51,952 bases of DNA. Origin: Candidatus Hermodarchaeota archaeon. Its GTDB lineage: Archaea; Asgardarchaeota; Lokiarchaeia; Sigyniarchaeales; SOKP01. Every line of letters starts with the position of its first letter. The first letter of the stretch is position 1. Location: positions 1 through 51,952 of the forward strand of contig JBHLLG010000018.1 of NCBI GenBank assembly GCA_048885925.1. The letters run 5' to 3'. Shown one piece after another: positions 1 to 9,410 of the stretch. The position numbers and the translations under genes are program-made. The notes beneath the pieces were generated by a model that was given only the letters and a program-made list of their open reading frames with translations, made no database searches and was not told where the DNA came from.

Positions 1-963
1 AGAGTTAACCCTAAAGTGGCAACAATTGCCTGTTATTTACTCATTCATGGAAAATTGACTCAGAAAGAATTAAAAAAACTAACTGGATTTTCAATGGGTA
101 CAATATCGACATATTTATCGGTCATGGCAGGTACAGGATACTTTTTGAAACAGCGTATTGAAGGTACTCATACATTTGTCTATTCTTTTTCGGGAGAACT
201 TGAAGTTCTTACTACTCAAGCGATTGAATTCGCTATTAAGAATATAGGTTCTTTAGAAAAGTTCTTGGAAAATAAGAAGCAAGAATTAAAAAAGTTGATT
301 GAACAATCAAAGGAAGGAGCGGCATTCCTTTCATTAAGAATTGAAGAATTATTAAACAGTTTTGAAATTTATAAAATCGTCTATCCTAATGATACGATTC
401 CTATTGAAGAAATACAAAAAAAGTACTCTCCAAAATCTTTTGAGAGATTAAAAAGTGAGGAGAAAGAATTAAGGGAGATAAAATACGATCCTGAGGTTTA
501 TATAATTGAAGATGATTTAATCAATGAGCTAATAAGTTCACCAATGTTTTCTACTCGCGATCCAATGTTCATTAAAATTTTAGGGTATTTTATGACAAGG
601 AAGTATCTCACTCAGAAGACACTTAAGAAGGTTACGGGGTTATCAGTAGGGAAAATTTCTGAAGAGGTGAATCAACTTTTAGAGAACGAACTTATCTATA
701 TTGCACATACTTCAGAAAAAGGTAAAATTACATATTGCGCGGATTCACTGATAATTCTTAGATTCTCAAGACATATTATCATTCGGATGACTAAATGGGT
801 TACACAATTAGAAAAGATAAAATTAGAATTAGAAAAAAAAAAACCTGAATTAGAACATTTAAATGGTTATGCACAGATTTATAAAATCTATAATTATATT
901 TTGAGCGCAATTTTAGTGTATAGTAAATACATTAATAGAATAGAAGCTGCAGTTGATTTATAA
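1..963 (+). CDS. Tandem winged-helix (GbsR/MarR-like) DNA-binding protein, probably 5'-truncated by the window
   Basis: Frame is open from base 1 (RVNPKVATIA...). Two similar HTH units, LTQKELKKLTGFSMGTISTYL and LTQKTLKKVTGLSVGKISEEV, each followed by a wing and a long helix. Confidence 0.7.
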   Translation, partial: RVNPKVATIACYLLIHGKLTQKELKKLTGFSMGTISTYLSVMAGTGYFLKQRIEGTHTFVYSFSGELEVLTTQAIEFAIKNIGSLEKFLENKKQELKKLIEQSKEGAAFLSLRIEELLNSFEIYKIVYPNDTIPIEEIQKKYSPKSFERLKSEEKELREIKYDPEVYIIEDDLINELISSPMFSTRDPMFIKILGYFMTRKYLTQKTLKKVTGLSVGKISEEVNQLLENELIYIAHTSEKGKITYCADSLIILRFSRHIIIRMTKWVTQLEKIKLELEKKKPELEHLNGYAQIYKIYNYILSAILVYSKYINRIEAAVDL

Positions 964-987
964 CAAAATCTAATTTAATTCCAATTT

Positions 988-1914
988 TCACATCCGAATC
1001 AAGTTTTTTCTTGGTAAATTTTGTATTTTTGGGTCATTAATGAATGAATCTAGCTTTTTTATGAACGTTTCTCTATCTTTTTGTATATTAGAAGTTTCGA
1101 TGGGGCAATAATTCGATATATGGTCATTAAAAACCTGAGAAGTAACATTATCCCCTAAGTTTGCGATGATATCCCGTTCTTCTTTTAAATTTTCTAATGG
1201 GCTTAACAATTCAAAATTTCCTTCCTTCCACTCATCCCATAACTCCGAAAAAGGAACAATGTTCAATGTTCGAAATCTGAATATGGTAGGATTTATTTCA
1301 GTTAACACTCTTGCTGTTTCTTTTACATGCTCTTCAGAATACTTTTTTCCTCCTAAACCCAAAATAACATATAAACTTAATTTAATTCCTGCTTTTAGGA
1401 TTTTTTTTCCTGCTTTAATCATGGCAGCCGCATTTGTACCCTTTCTCATTATTCTTAGTATCTTGCTGCTTCCGCTTTCTAATCCCATGTAAACAATACT
1501 TAATCCTGCATCTGCTAATTTTTTAAGTTCTTCATCAGATTTTCTCAAAATATCTAAAGCTTTCGCATAACAACTTATTCTTGCAACATTCTGAATTTTT
1601 AATCGAACATATTCAATTATCTCTACAAGAAAATCTGTAGGTGCTGATGTTGGATTACCACCAGCTAAAAATACTGGAAATCCATTCAAGAAGTTTTTCC
1701 CATAATAATCTATATCTTTTTTAACATCTTCCAAAGAACGGATAGCATAGTCTTGAATAAATCCATACATACCACTATAAGTTCCACAAAATCGACATCC
1801 GCCTGTTAGAGTATTCCAGCTGCATCCACCGGTAACTGGAATCAAAATAGACATAGATGTTCCTTCTACAGGAGGTCTTATTACTATTTGGCTTGGAGGT
1901 ATTTTTGGTAACAT
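988..1914 (-). CDS. Radical SAM protein with atypical CX8CX2C motif
   Basis: RPPVEGTS..IPVTGGCSWNTLTGGCRFC, FLAGGN, VYMGLESG, VILGLGG, NDHISNY; same family as 12552..13475. Confidence 0.85.
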   Translation of the reverse strand: MLPKIPPSQIVIRPPVEGTSMSILIPVTGGCSWNTLTGGCRFCGTYSGMYGFIQDYAIRSLEDVKKDIDYYGKNFLNGFPVFLAGGNPTSAPTDFLVEIIEYVRLKIQNVARISCYAKALDILRKSDEELKKLADAGLSIVYMGLESGSSKILRIMRKGTNAAAMIKAGKKILKAGIKLSLYVILGLGGKKYSEEHVKETARVLTEINPTIFRFRTLNIVPFSELWDEWKEGNFELLSPLENLKEERDIIANLGDNVTSQVFNDHISNYCPIETSNIQKDRETFIKKLDSFINDPKIQNLPRKNLIRM

Positions 1915-2316
1915 ATTTTTAAATTAATATTATATAATTTTTACAATTTAATTAAAACAGAATACATTTTTAGATATTTTTATTATAAAATAATAATTTG
2001 CTATTGAAGTGAATTTAATAAAATATTGATCTAAATTGTTAGTCTTCTTATCTCTCCTTAAGAATATTATATTAATATGTTTTTGATAAATCTGAAAATA
2101 GATATTTAGTGATTCTAATTAACTAAAAGATGATCAAACTATTGTTGCTTAATGAGAATTGATTTTAAAAGAAAATTTTATGTTTAAATGTTATATTGGT
2201 CAGTTTTTCCATCGCTTTTTATTACTTTAGTGTATAGAGAACAAATCTCAAACTATTTAAATGTTTGAATATTCAATCAATTAAATAAAGAAAATGTAAC
2301 ATTCCAATATCTAACG

Positions 2317-2330
2317 TAAAATTTTTATAA
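2317..2330 (+). promoter_or_regulatory. Candidate archaeal BRE/TATA box for the small GTPase gene
   Basis: A-rich stretch then TTTTTATAA about 36 bp upstream of ATG 2366; weak evidence given the AT-rich background. Confidence 0.3.
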
Positions 2331-2365
2331 GATAATTCCCCTAGTGTTTAAAAGGTTAACAAAAT

Positions 2366-2962
2366 ATGAGTTATGAACAAAAAAGTGTATTATTTAATTT
2401 TAAAACCGTAATTTGCGGTGCTAGTTCAGTAGGTAAAACTTCATTATTTAATCGATACTGTTTTAACTCATTCAATTTTGATACTTCTCCAACCATAGGT
2501 ATAAATTTTCATTCAGTTTATTTACAGATCGATTTTTCAATGGAAACAGATGATTTAAAAGAAAATTATGTAGTAAATTCTATATTTGACTTTGGAGGGC
2601 AAGAAAGATTTGCTCCTTTAATTCCTAAGTTTATAGATGGTGCTAATGGGGCATTATTAGTATTTGATTTAGTTAATTATCTTTCTTTTGAACAGTTGGA
2701 TTTTTGGTATGAGAATTTAAAACAAAAAGCAGTAAATTCTGAAATTCCAATAATTTTAGTTGGAAGTAAAGATGATTTAATTAAAGCATCTCCTAAATCT
2801 GAAATTATAGATGAAGATTTGATTTATCGTTATGTAAAAGATAAGAATTTAGATGGTTTTCATAGAACCTCAGCGTTAGAAAATCATAATGTATTGGAAG
2901 TATTTAAAAAATTAAATAATCTTATGTTAAAAAGATTACATAAACCGTATGTTGTAATATAA
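2366..2962 (+). CDS. Ras-superfamily (Rab-like) small GTPase
   Basis: G1 GASSVGKTS, G2 PTIG, G3 DFGGQERF, G4 variant GSKDD, G5 TSAL; no C-terminal cysteine. Confidence 0.9.
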   Translation: MSYEQKSVLFNFKTVICGASSVGKTSLFNRYCFNSFNFDTSPTIGINFHSVYLQIDFSMETDDLKENYVVNSIFDFGGQERFAPLIPKFIDGANGALLVFDLVNYLSFEQLDFWYENLKQKAVNSEIPIILVGSKDDLIKASPKSEIIDEDLIYRYVKDKNLDGFHRTSALENHNVLEVFKKLNNLMLKRLHKPYVVI

Positions 2963-2981
2963 TAAGATTTAGTAGATGATT

Positions 2982-4055
2982 CTAATAATCTCTTTGAAAT
3001 ACAAAATCTGAAAATTCATTGAAGAATTTTTTTTGTTCTCTATTTAAATCAGGATAAATATCTTTTAAGTAATTCTTAGCTTGTTCAAGTAAATTTTTCG
3101 CTAAATGTTCTGCAATTGTTAAAGCATTAGTTTTTATAAAAATATCTTCTATTTCATTAACATCATTTTTAGTTAAATTACTTTTATGAAATAACTCGTT
3201 TAATTGTTTGGATTGCTGTTCATCCGTATTTTGGACTGCTAAAATATATACAATTTTCTTTTTCTTTGTTTTAATATCATTTTTAAGATCAAGGAGATCA
3301 TCACGAATAGCATGAGCTTGGCCGATACTTAACATAGCATCACTTAGTGGTTTAATTTGATAATGAAGATTTCCTTTTCCCAAAATTGCTCCAATTTTTG
3401 TAGATTTTTCAAATATCCTGGCTCTTTGATATTCTGCTATATTTAAATATTGTTCTAATGTCATAGTAATATTGTTATAATTCATATATTCTTCTATTAA
3501 TTGACCTTTCATTAAATAATCCATGGCTTCAGTATATTCATTAATAGCAAGCAGTTTAATTTTTTCTGGAAACTTAGAAGACTTCAGGATGTCTAATCCT
3601 AGAAGATATCCTTGATTTCCAGCAATTATACTCATATCTCTACCATAATATATAATTAGTTCTTCTTTGTTTGGGATACTTAAATCTTTATAAACTGTAT
3701 TTATTTCATTTTCTAATTGAACATGAAAAGTGGGTTTACCTCTTCTTGTTTTATCATCATCTAAAAGATCATCATGTATTAAATGCCCACTATGTAATAA
3801 TTCAACCGATATAGATACCTCATGAATTTGTTCTATTTGATCCTCTAAGTACATAGGATTAGCAATACCTGCAAAAGCCGCATTTAACAAAATCGGGTGA
3901 ATTCTTTTCGCTTTTTCATTTAATATAAATTTTTCAAGTTGATAAATAAAGTCATTCAGAAATAGGTCTTTTTCTTTTTTATGAATATCTTCAAAATATT
4001 TTTTTAATTGCTCATCGACTATTGCTTTTTCAGTATTAAAGAATTCGTCAATCAT
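2982..4055 (-). CDS. trans-Polyprenyl diphosphate synthase family protein (divergent)
   Basis: FARM LIHDDLLDDDKTRRGKPT, GQ motif, SARM IRDDLLD. Confidence 0.85.
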   Translation of the reverse strand: MIDEFFNTEKAIVDEQLKKYFEDIHKKEKDLFLNDFIYQLEKFILNEKAKRIHPILLNAAFAGIANPMYLEDQIEQIHEVSISVELLHSGHLIHDDLLDDDKTRRGKPTFHVQLENEINTVYKDLSIPNKEELIIYYGRDMSIIAGNQGYLLGLDILKSSKFPEKIKLLAINEYTEAMDYLMKGQLIEEYMNYNNITMTLEQYLNIAEYQRARIFEKSTKIGAILGKGNLHYQIKPLSDAMLSIGQAHAIRDDLLDLKNDIKTKKKKIVYILAVQNTDEQQSKQLNELFHKSNLTKNDVNEIEDIFIKTNALTIAEHLAKNLLEQAKNYLKDIYPDLNREQKKFFNEFSDFVFQRDY

Positions 4056-4136
4056 AAAAGAATCACAATTTAGCTTTAGTAAAACTCATGCAATAATATT
4101 AATATAAAACATATTATAATTTAATTTTATTATGTA

Positions 4137-4154
4137 TAGAATTTAAAAATTCTA
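4137..4154. promoter_or_regulatory. Palindrome TAGAATT-N4-AATTCTA, copy 1 (candidate operator)
   Basis: TAGAATT TAAA AATTCTA in the divergent spacer between the prenyl synthase and the phosphoesterase. Confidence 0.4.
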
Positions 4155-4175
4155 AATTGAATAAGAGTGTTAAAT

Positions 4176-4688
4176 ATGAAAATTGCGGTAATGTCAGATT
4201 CACATGATCATAAAACCAATATTTTAAAATCAGTTTGTATTATAAATGAAAGAAATGTAGATGTTGTTATACATTGTGGAGATTATGTTGCACCTTTTGT
4301 TAAACGATGGTTTGATGATTTAAATGATTCTATAAAAAAGAATTTTTATGGGGTTTTTGGAAATAATGATGGAGAGCGAATATTTCTAAAAAAAAATTTA
4401 GGAAAAATATGTAAATTTGCTCAAAATGGTAATGAACTAATTTTAGAATTGGGAGGAAAAAAAATATTTGTTTCTCATATGCCAAAACAAGGAACGATAG
4501 AAGCATTAGCAAATTCAGGAGATTTTGACATAGTTTTGTCGGGTCATACTCATTCGTTATCTATTAAAAAGTTAAAAAATAAAGTATTAGTAATAAATCC
4601 TGGTGAAGTATGTGGTTATTTAACGGGAAAAGCAACTTTTGTGATTATTGATACAGAAAAATTGGAATCTGAAATAATTGAATTATAG
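4176..4688 (+). CDS. Metallophosphoesterase, YfcE/MJ0936 family
   Basis: SDSHD, HCGD, GNND, VSH, SGHTH, INPGE motifs; ATG 4176 preferred over GTG 4167. Confidence 0.9.
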   Translation: MKIAVMSDSHDHKTNILKSVCIINERNVDVVIHCGDYVAPFVKRWFDDLNDSIKKNFYGVFGNNDGERIFLKKNLGKICKFAQNGNELILELGGKKIFVSHMPKQGTIEALANSGDFDIVLSGHTHSLSIKKLKNKVLVINPGEVCGYLTGKATFVIIDTEKLESEIIEL

Positions 4689-4738
4689 AATTTTTTATTT
4701 TTAATAATCAATTTTAATTATCTTTTTTTTTTATTATT

Positions 4739-5953
4739 ATGTTAGCACCTTTAGAAGGAAAAACAATATTAGATCTATCAAGATTATTGCCTGGACCATA
4801 TTGTAGTATGATCCTTGCTGATCTTGGAGCAAACGTGATCAGAGTAGAAGATCCTTCGTATCCTTACAAACAACCTCCACCTTTCTTTCAAAAAGGAAGA
4901 TATCGTGAAAGCGCTTTTAACTCAATTATCAATAGGAATAAGAGATCTATTACTCTTAATTTAAAAAAAGAAGGAGCATTAGAAATTTTTTACAAATTAG
5001 TACTAAAAGCAGATGTTATTCTTGAAAGTTTTCGCCCAAAAGTTACAACTAAACTAAAGATTGATTATAATACCTTAGTTTCGATAAATCCTTCAATTAT
5101 TTATTGTTCTTTAACTGGTTATGGACAGCACGGTCCATATGAGCAAATAGCAGGTCATGATTTAAATTATGTGGGAATATGTGGAATTTTAGGATTAAAT
5201 AGAGAAAGAAAAATATATGGTAATGAATTTAGGGAAAAAAAGCCGATTAATCCTGGAATTCAAGTTGCTGATATAGGAGGAGGTTTGATTTCAACAATAG
5301 GAATTTTAGGTGCGATAATAGAAAGAGAAAACAATCCTGAAAGGAGAGGTCAATATATAGATATATCAATGACGGACAGTGTTTTTTCATTCATGCCCCT
5401 TGTAGCAGCATATCATTTTTCTAAGGATTTAAATGACGGTGTTGAAACACAAAATCCTTTACATGGAGATTTTCCTTTTTATAATGTTTATAAGACAAAA
5501 GATAATAAATTTCTATCAGTTGGAATTTTAGAAGTAAAATTCTGGCGGGTGTTATGTAAAGCTTTAGAACGAGATGACTTATTGTTAAAACAATTTGCCC
5601 AAGGAGCAGAAAGAGAAGAAGTTTTTAAAGAGTTACAAAAAGAATTTTTGAAAAAAACTCAAAAAGAGTGGATGGAAATTTTTCATAACTTAGATGCGTG
5701 TGTAATGCCAATAAATTCATTCGCGGAGGCTTGTGAAGATCAACAGATTAAAGCAAGAGATATGGTTATTGAAATGGAACATCCAAAATTTGGTAAAATT
5801 AAAAATGTAGCCTCACCAATAAAGTATTCGCGAACACCATTAAAGATTAAATTTTTGGCTCCTAAAATTGGACAACATACAAAGGAGATTCTTAAAAGTC
5901 TTGGATATTTAGATAATGATATTCAAAATTTTAGGAAAAAAGGAATAATTTAA
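4739..5953 (+). CDS. Family III CoA-transferase (CaiB/BaiF; alpha-methylacyl-CoA racemase-like)
   Basis: PLEGKTILDLSRLLPGPYCSMILADLGA, NRNKRSITLNLK, GHDLNY, ADIGGG (catalytic Asp), APKIGQHT. Confidence 0.92.
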   Translation: MLAPLEGKTILDLSRLLPGPYCSMILADLGANVIRVEDPSYPYKQPPPFFQKGRYRESAFNSIINRNKRSITLNLKKEGALEIFYKLVLKADVILESFRPKVTTKLKIDYNTLVSINPSIIYCSLTGYGQHGPYEQIAGHDLNYVGICGILGLNRERKIYGNEFREKKPINPGIQVADIGGGLISTIGILGAIIERENNPERRGQYIDISMTDSVFSFMPLVAAYHFSKDLNDGVETQNPLHGDFPFYNVYKTKDNKFLSVGILEVKFWRVLCKALERDDLLLKQFAQGAEREEVFKELQKEFLKKTQKEWMEIFHNLDACVMPINSFAEACEDQQIKARDMVIEMEHPKFGKIKNVASPIKYSRTPLKIKFLAPKIGQHTKEILKSLGYLDNDIQNFRKKGII

Positions 5954-6155
5954 ATTATAATATCTGTAATTCTATCAAAAATTTCAATGATGCGATTTAT
6001 TAAAATAGTATATATTGAAGGAATTATTTCAATAAAGATTTTATTCACCTTTCATTATTTGAGTGAATCAAGCCTAAAAAGTATGATATTTACTTAAATT
6101 TTCTATAAATAATTTTATATAAATTAAGATTTGAAATTATTTTATTATTTTATCA

Positions 6156-7412
6156 TTACGGTTTAGAAAATTCAAATAATACTTTAACAGCATGAGTTTT
6201 CGATTTATGATCTAATGTATCAAATGCATCCTTGTAGGCATCAAGTGGAAATTTATGAGTAATTAGTATTTGAGGATCGATTAATCCATCTGATAAGAAA
6301 TTTAAGTAATGCTGAAATGCATGTAAAGATTTATCACGAAAAAATTCTAAACCAAATCCATTTGATCCAATAACTTCGAGTTCTTTAAAGTAATGAAGAG
6401 TATTTTCAAACCTTTTTGGAGGGCTTACCCCCAAAAATACTAATTTACCTTGTGTGCAAAGGATTCTCTGTCCGATTTCAAAAGTTTCTGCTGAAGCAAT
6501 AGTATCAATTATACCATCTACACCATCTAAAGTCCATTTTAAACCCTTTTTAGGAGTATATAATTCAACATTATTGTATGCAGCTACTTCTTCAATTAAT
6601 GAATTACCTGAACTTAAAAAGACATAATCAGCTCCTAATTTAATTGCTAAATCTTTCTGAAATTGATATCGCCCAATCCCTATTATATGTTTTACTCCAA
6701 AAATGTTTTTTAAACAATGTATTGTTAGTAGCCCTATAATACCCAAACCATAAACTAAAATTTGAGAGTTGGGTTTAGGATTTAACATTGTTAAAGAATG
6801 AAAAGAAACAGAAAAGGGATCTGCTAAAACTGCTTGTTCAAATGAAATTTTTTCAGGTATCAAAAAACATTGTGATTCATGAACTGAAAAATATGGACTA
6901 AAGGCGCCATATCCGGTTGTAACACCTAAATGCATTCCTATTGGAATGTTTCCTTTCTGGAAATTTTGACAATGTTTAAAATCACCTATAGAACATCTTG
7001 AACATATCGGTAAGATTCCTCTGGGAACGCATGAAAACCATGGACTTATTGCTACTCTATCTCCTTTTTTAAGCTTTTTAACTTTAGGGCCAACACTTTC
7101 AATAATACCAACAGGTTCATGCCCCATTATTTGAGGAAAAGAAATAAAAGAGCGTATAGGATTATCAAGTGAACCCCTAAGTTTTAATTCAGTCATATCA
7201 CTACCGCAAATTCCACAAAAAACGGTTTTAACAATTACCCAGCCTTCTGCAATTATTTTGGGATATGGAATTTTTTTTAGGGTAATTGGCCCTCCCGATT
7301 TCCAGAATCTTTTAGGATTTATTTTTCCTTTGATAAATGATTTCAATAACCTAAATTTATTTAACTCAAACATTAATGCAGGGATATACCTCTTCTCTTC
7401 TTTTAAATTCAT
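6156..7412 (-). CDS. Zn-dependent medium-chain dehydrogenase (TDH/SDH-like), paralog 2
   Basis: CGICGSD, GHE, four-Cys structural Zn lobe, VYGLGIIG Rossmann motif. Confidence 0.88.
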   Translation of the reverse strand: MNLKEEKRYIPALMFELNKFRLLKSFIKGKINPKRFWKSGGPITLKKIPYPKIIAEGWVIVKTVFCGICGSDMTELKLRGSLDNPIRSFISFPQIMGHEPVGIIESVGPKVKKLKKGDRVAISPWFSCVPRGILPICSRCSIGDFKHCQNFQKGNIPIGMHLGVTTGYGAFSPYFSVHESQCFLIPEKISFEQAVLADPFSVSFHSLTMLNPKPNSQILVYGLGIIGLLTIHCLKNIFGVKHIIGIGRYQFQKDLAIKLGADYVFLSSGNSLIEEVAAYNNVELYTPKKGLKWTLDGVDGIIDTIASAETFEIGQRILCTQGKLVFLGVSPPKRFENTLHYFKELEVIGSNGFGLEFFRDKSLHAFQHYLNFLSDGLIDPQILITHKFPLDAYKDAFDTLDHKSKTHAVKVLFEFSKP

Positions 7413-7432
7413 TTGAATTTACACTCCATTAA

Positions 7433-8692
7433 TTAATCAAAATAAAATTCAACTTTAATAGATTTAAATTTCTCTTGATTTCTTGCAACTACAAACGCTT
7501 TTTTATAATCTCTTAAGGCAAATTTATGTGAAATTATTGGTGTTGGATCAATTCTTCCCTCTTCTAACAATCGAAAATAATGATAATATGCATGTTTTCT
7601 TGCACCTTCAAAATTTTCTATTGCAAAGGCATTGCTACCAATAATATTTATCTCTTTAAAATACCATGGCGTCCATTCAAATCTCTTAGGAACATGGACT
7701 CCTGTTAATACAATTACTCCGGATCTCTCCATATTATTCTTAAAATCTACTAATCTAGATTTTACAATACGTAAGCCTGTTTCTAGTGTTTCTGAAGATG
7801 CAACAGTATCAAATAAGAAATCAATACCCTCCAATAACCAAGGTTTATTTTTTTTTAAATAATAAATATCGCAATTTAAGTAATCTCCAAAACTTTCAAT
7901 GACTTTACTTGGAGGGGATGATTTGATTACTAAATCTGCACCAAATTTTTTCGCCATTTCTATTTGATGTGGAAATCTAGCAATAGCAATTACCTTTATA
8001 TCTTTATAAATACTCTTTAAGAATTGAATTGTTAGTAGTCCAAGATTTCCACACCCATAAACCCCACAAATCGATCCTTCTCTAAGATGTACTTTTAATA
8101 TAGAATGAAGTACTACTGCAAATGGATCTGATAAAGCAGCCTGCTCAAATGAAATTGAATCAGGAATTTTAATTGCCATGGTTTTATGTGCAGGAAAAAA
8201 TTCTGCAAATCCCCCTGTAGCATCTCTACTAGTACCTGAATGAATCCCAGGGGTGAGAATACCTTTTGTGAAATTTCTGCAAAGATATTTATTTCCCTCT
8301 TCACATGGTTTACAAATAGGTGTAATTTCTCTTGGTTCGCAACTTATCCATGGATTTAAAGCAACTCTATCACCTGGCTTTAAATTTGATGATTTTCCGA
8401 CTTTATTAACAGTCCCAACAGCTTCATGTCCTAAAGTTTGAGGCCATGAAAGTAAAGCCGTAATGGGATTATCATAATTTCCATCAAGAAAGATTTGTTT
8501 CTGATCAGAACCACATATCCCACAATATTTCGTCTTCACAATTAACCAATTATCAGATTTAAGTTTGGGAAAAGAAACTTCTTTCAAATGTAATGCTCCA
8601 AGCTTAGAAAGATATCCTTTTAGATAAAATGTTCCCAATATTTTAGATAATGCTAATCTGGAAAGTTTATAATTAAATACAAGTGCTTTCAT
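7433..8692 (-). CDS. Zn-dependent medium-chain dehydrogenase (TDH/SDH-like), paralog 1
   Basis: CGICGSD, LGHE, four-Cys lobe, VYGCGNLG; 20 bp upstream of paralog 2. Confidence 0.88.
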   Translation of the reverse strand: MKALVFNYKLSRLALSKILGTFYLKGYLSKLGALHLKEVSFPKLKSDNWLIVKTKYCGICGSDQKQIFLDGNYDNPITALLSWPQTLGHEAVGTVNKVGKSSNLKPGDRVALNPWISCEPREITPICKPCEEGNKYLCRNFTKGILTPGIHSGTSRDATGGFAEFFPAHKTMAIKIPDSISFEQAALSDPFAVVLHSILKVHLREGSICGVYGCGNLGLLTIQFLKSIYKDIKVIAIARFPHQIEMAKKFGADLVIKSSPPSKVIESFGDYLNCDIYYLKKNKPWLLEGIDFLFDTVASSETLETGLRIVKSRLVDFKNNMERSGVIVLTGVHVPKRFEWTPWYFKEINIIGSNAFAIENFEGARKHAYYHYFRLLEEGRIDPTPIISHKFALRDYKKAFVVARNQEKFKSIKVEFYFD

Positions 8693-8914
8693 AATCCATG
8701 TTCATTAAGTAGCTTATATTCAAATTAATTTCAAAAATTAAAGATGTTTAAATATAAATTGATATGAATCCCCTAAAAAATTATTAATTAATTACAACTA
8801 AGACAAACAACAATTATAATTTTATTCAATAGAACTATTATAATATTTTAGAGAATTTACAATTCAATTTTGAATATACTTGTGTAATAATATAGATCTA
8901 AAAACCTTGAAGCC

Positions 8915-9409
8915 ATGAATGTTGATATCGCATTATATGAAATGATTAAAAATTCTGAAATAGATTTAATTTTATCGCTGCCCTGCATTTTATTAGAAGG
9001 CCTTTTAGAAGTGATTGAGGAAAGAAACGAGATTCAGCATATACCAATAACACGTGAAGAAGAAGGGGTTGGAATTGCTGCGGGGGCTTACCTAGGTGGA
9101 AGAACCACAGCAATCTTAATGCAAAATTCTGGTTTAGGCAATTCGGTAAATGCTATAAAATCATTATTGCAATTATATGAAATTCCGGTTATATTTATAA
9201 TGAGCCATAGAGGTACTGAGGGAGAAAAAATAGCTGCTCAAATTCCAATGGGAAGGCTTACACCAGACCTATTAGATTTATTAAAAATTAAAAAATTCAT
9301 TATCAATTCAAACAATAAGCTAGAAAAAATAAAAACAGCAGTAAATCATAGTAGAAAGTCAAATAAATCAGTAGGTATCCTTTTAAAGAAAAGTTTATGG
9401 AGGAAATAG
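8915..9409 (+). CDS. comD: Sulfopyruvate decarboxylase alpha subunit
   Basis: SLPC, TREEEGVGIAAGAYLGG, LMQNSGLGNSVNA, SHRG..GEKIAAQIPMG. Confidence 0.85.
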   Translation: MNVDIALYEMIKNSEIDLILSLPCILLEGLLEVIEERNEIQHIPITREEEGVGIAAGAYLGGRTTAILMQNSGLGNSVNAIKSLLQLYEIPVIFIMSHRGTEGEKIAAQIPMGRLTPDLLDLLKIKKFIINSNNKLEKIKTAVNHSRKSNKSVGILLKKSLWRK

Positions 9410-9410
9410 A

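Noticed and set aside
1915-2365. 450-bp AT-rich spacer as a possible ncRNA, origin or CRISPR leader
   Set aside because: No repeats, ORB-like boxes or GC-rich stems seen; consistent with divergent promoters.
2366-4055. Rab-like GTPase next to a prenyl synthase as a possible protein prenylation system
   Set aside because: The GTPase has no C-terminal Cys, the genes are convergent, and the enzyme is a chain-elongating synthase rather than a protein prenyltransferase.
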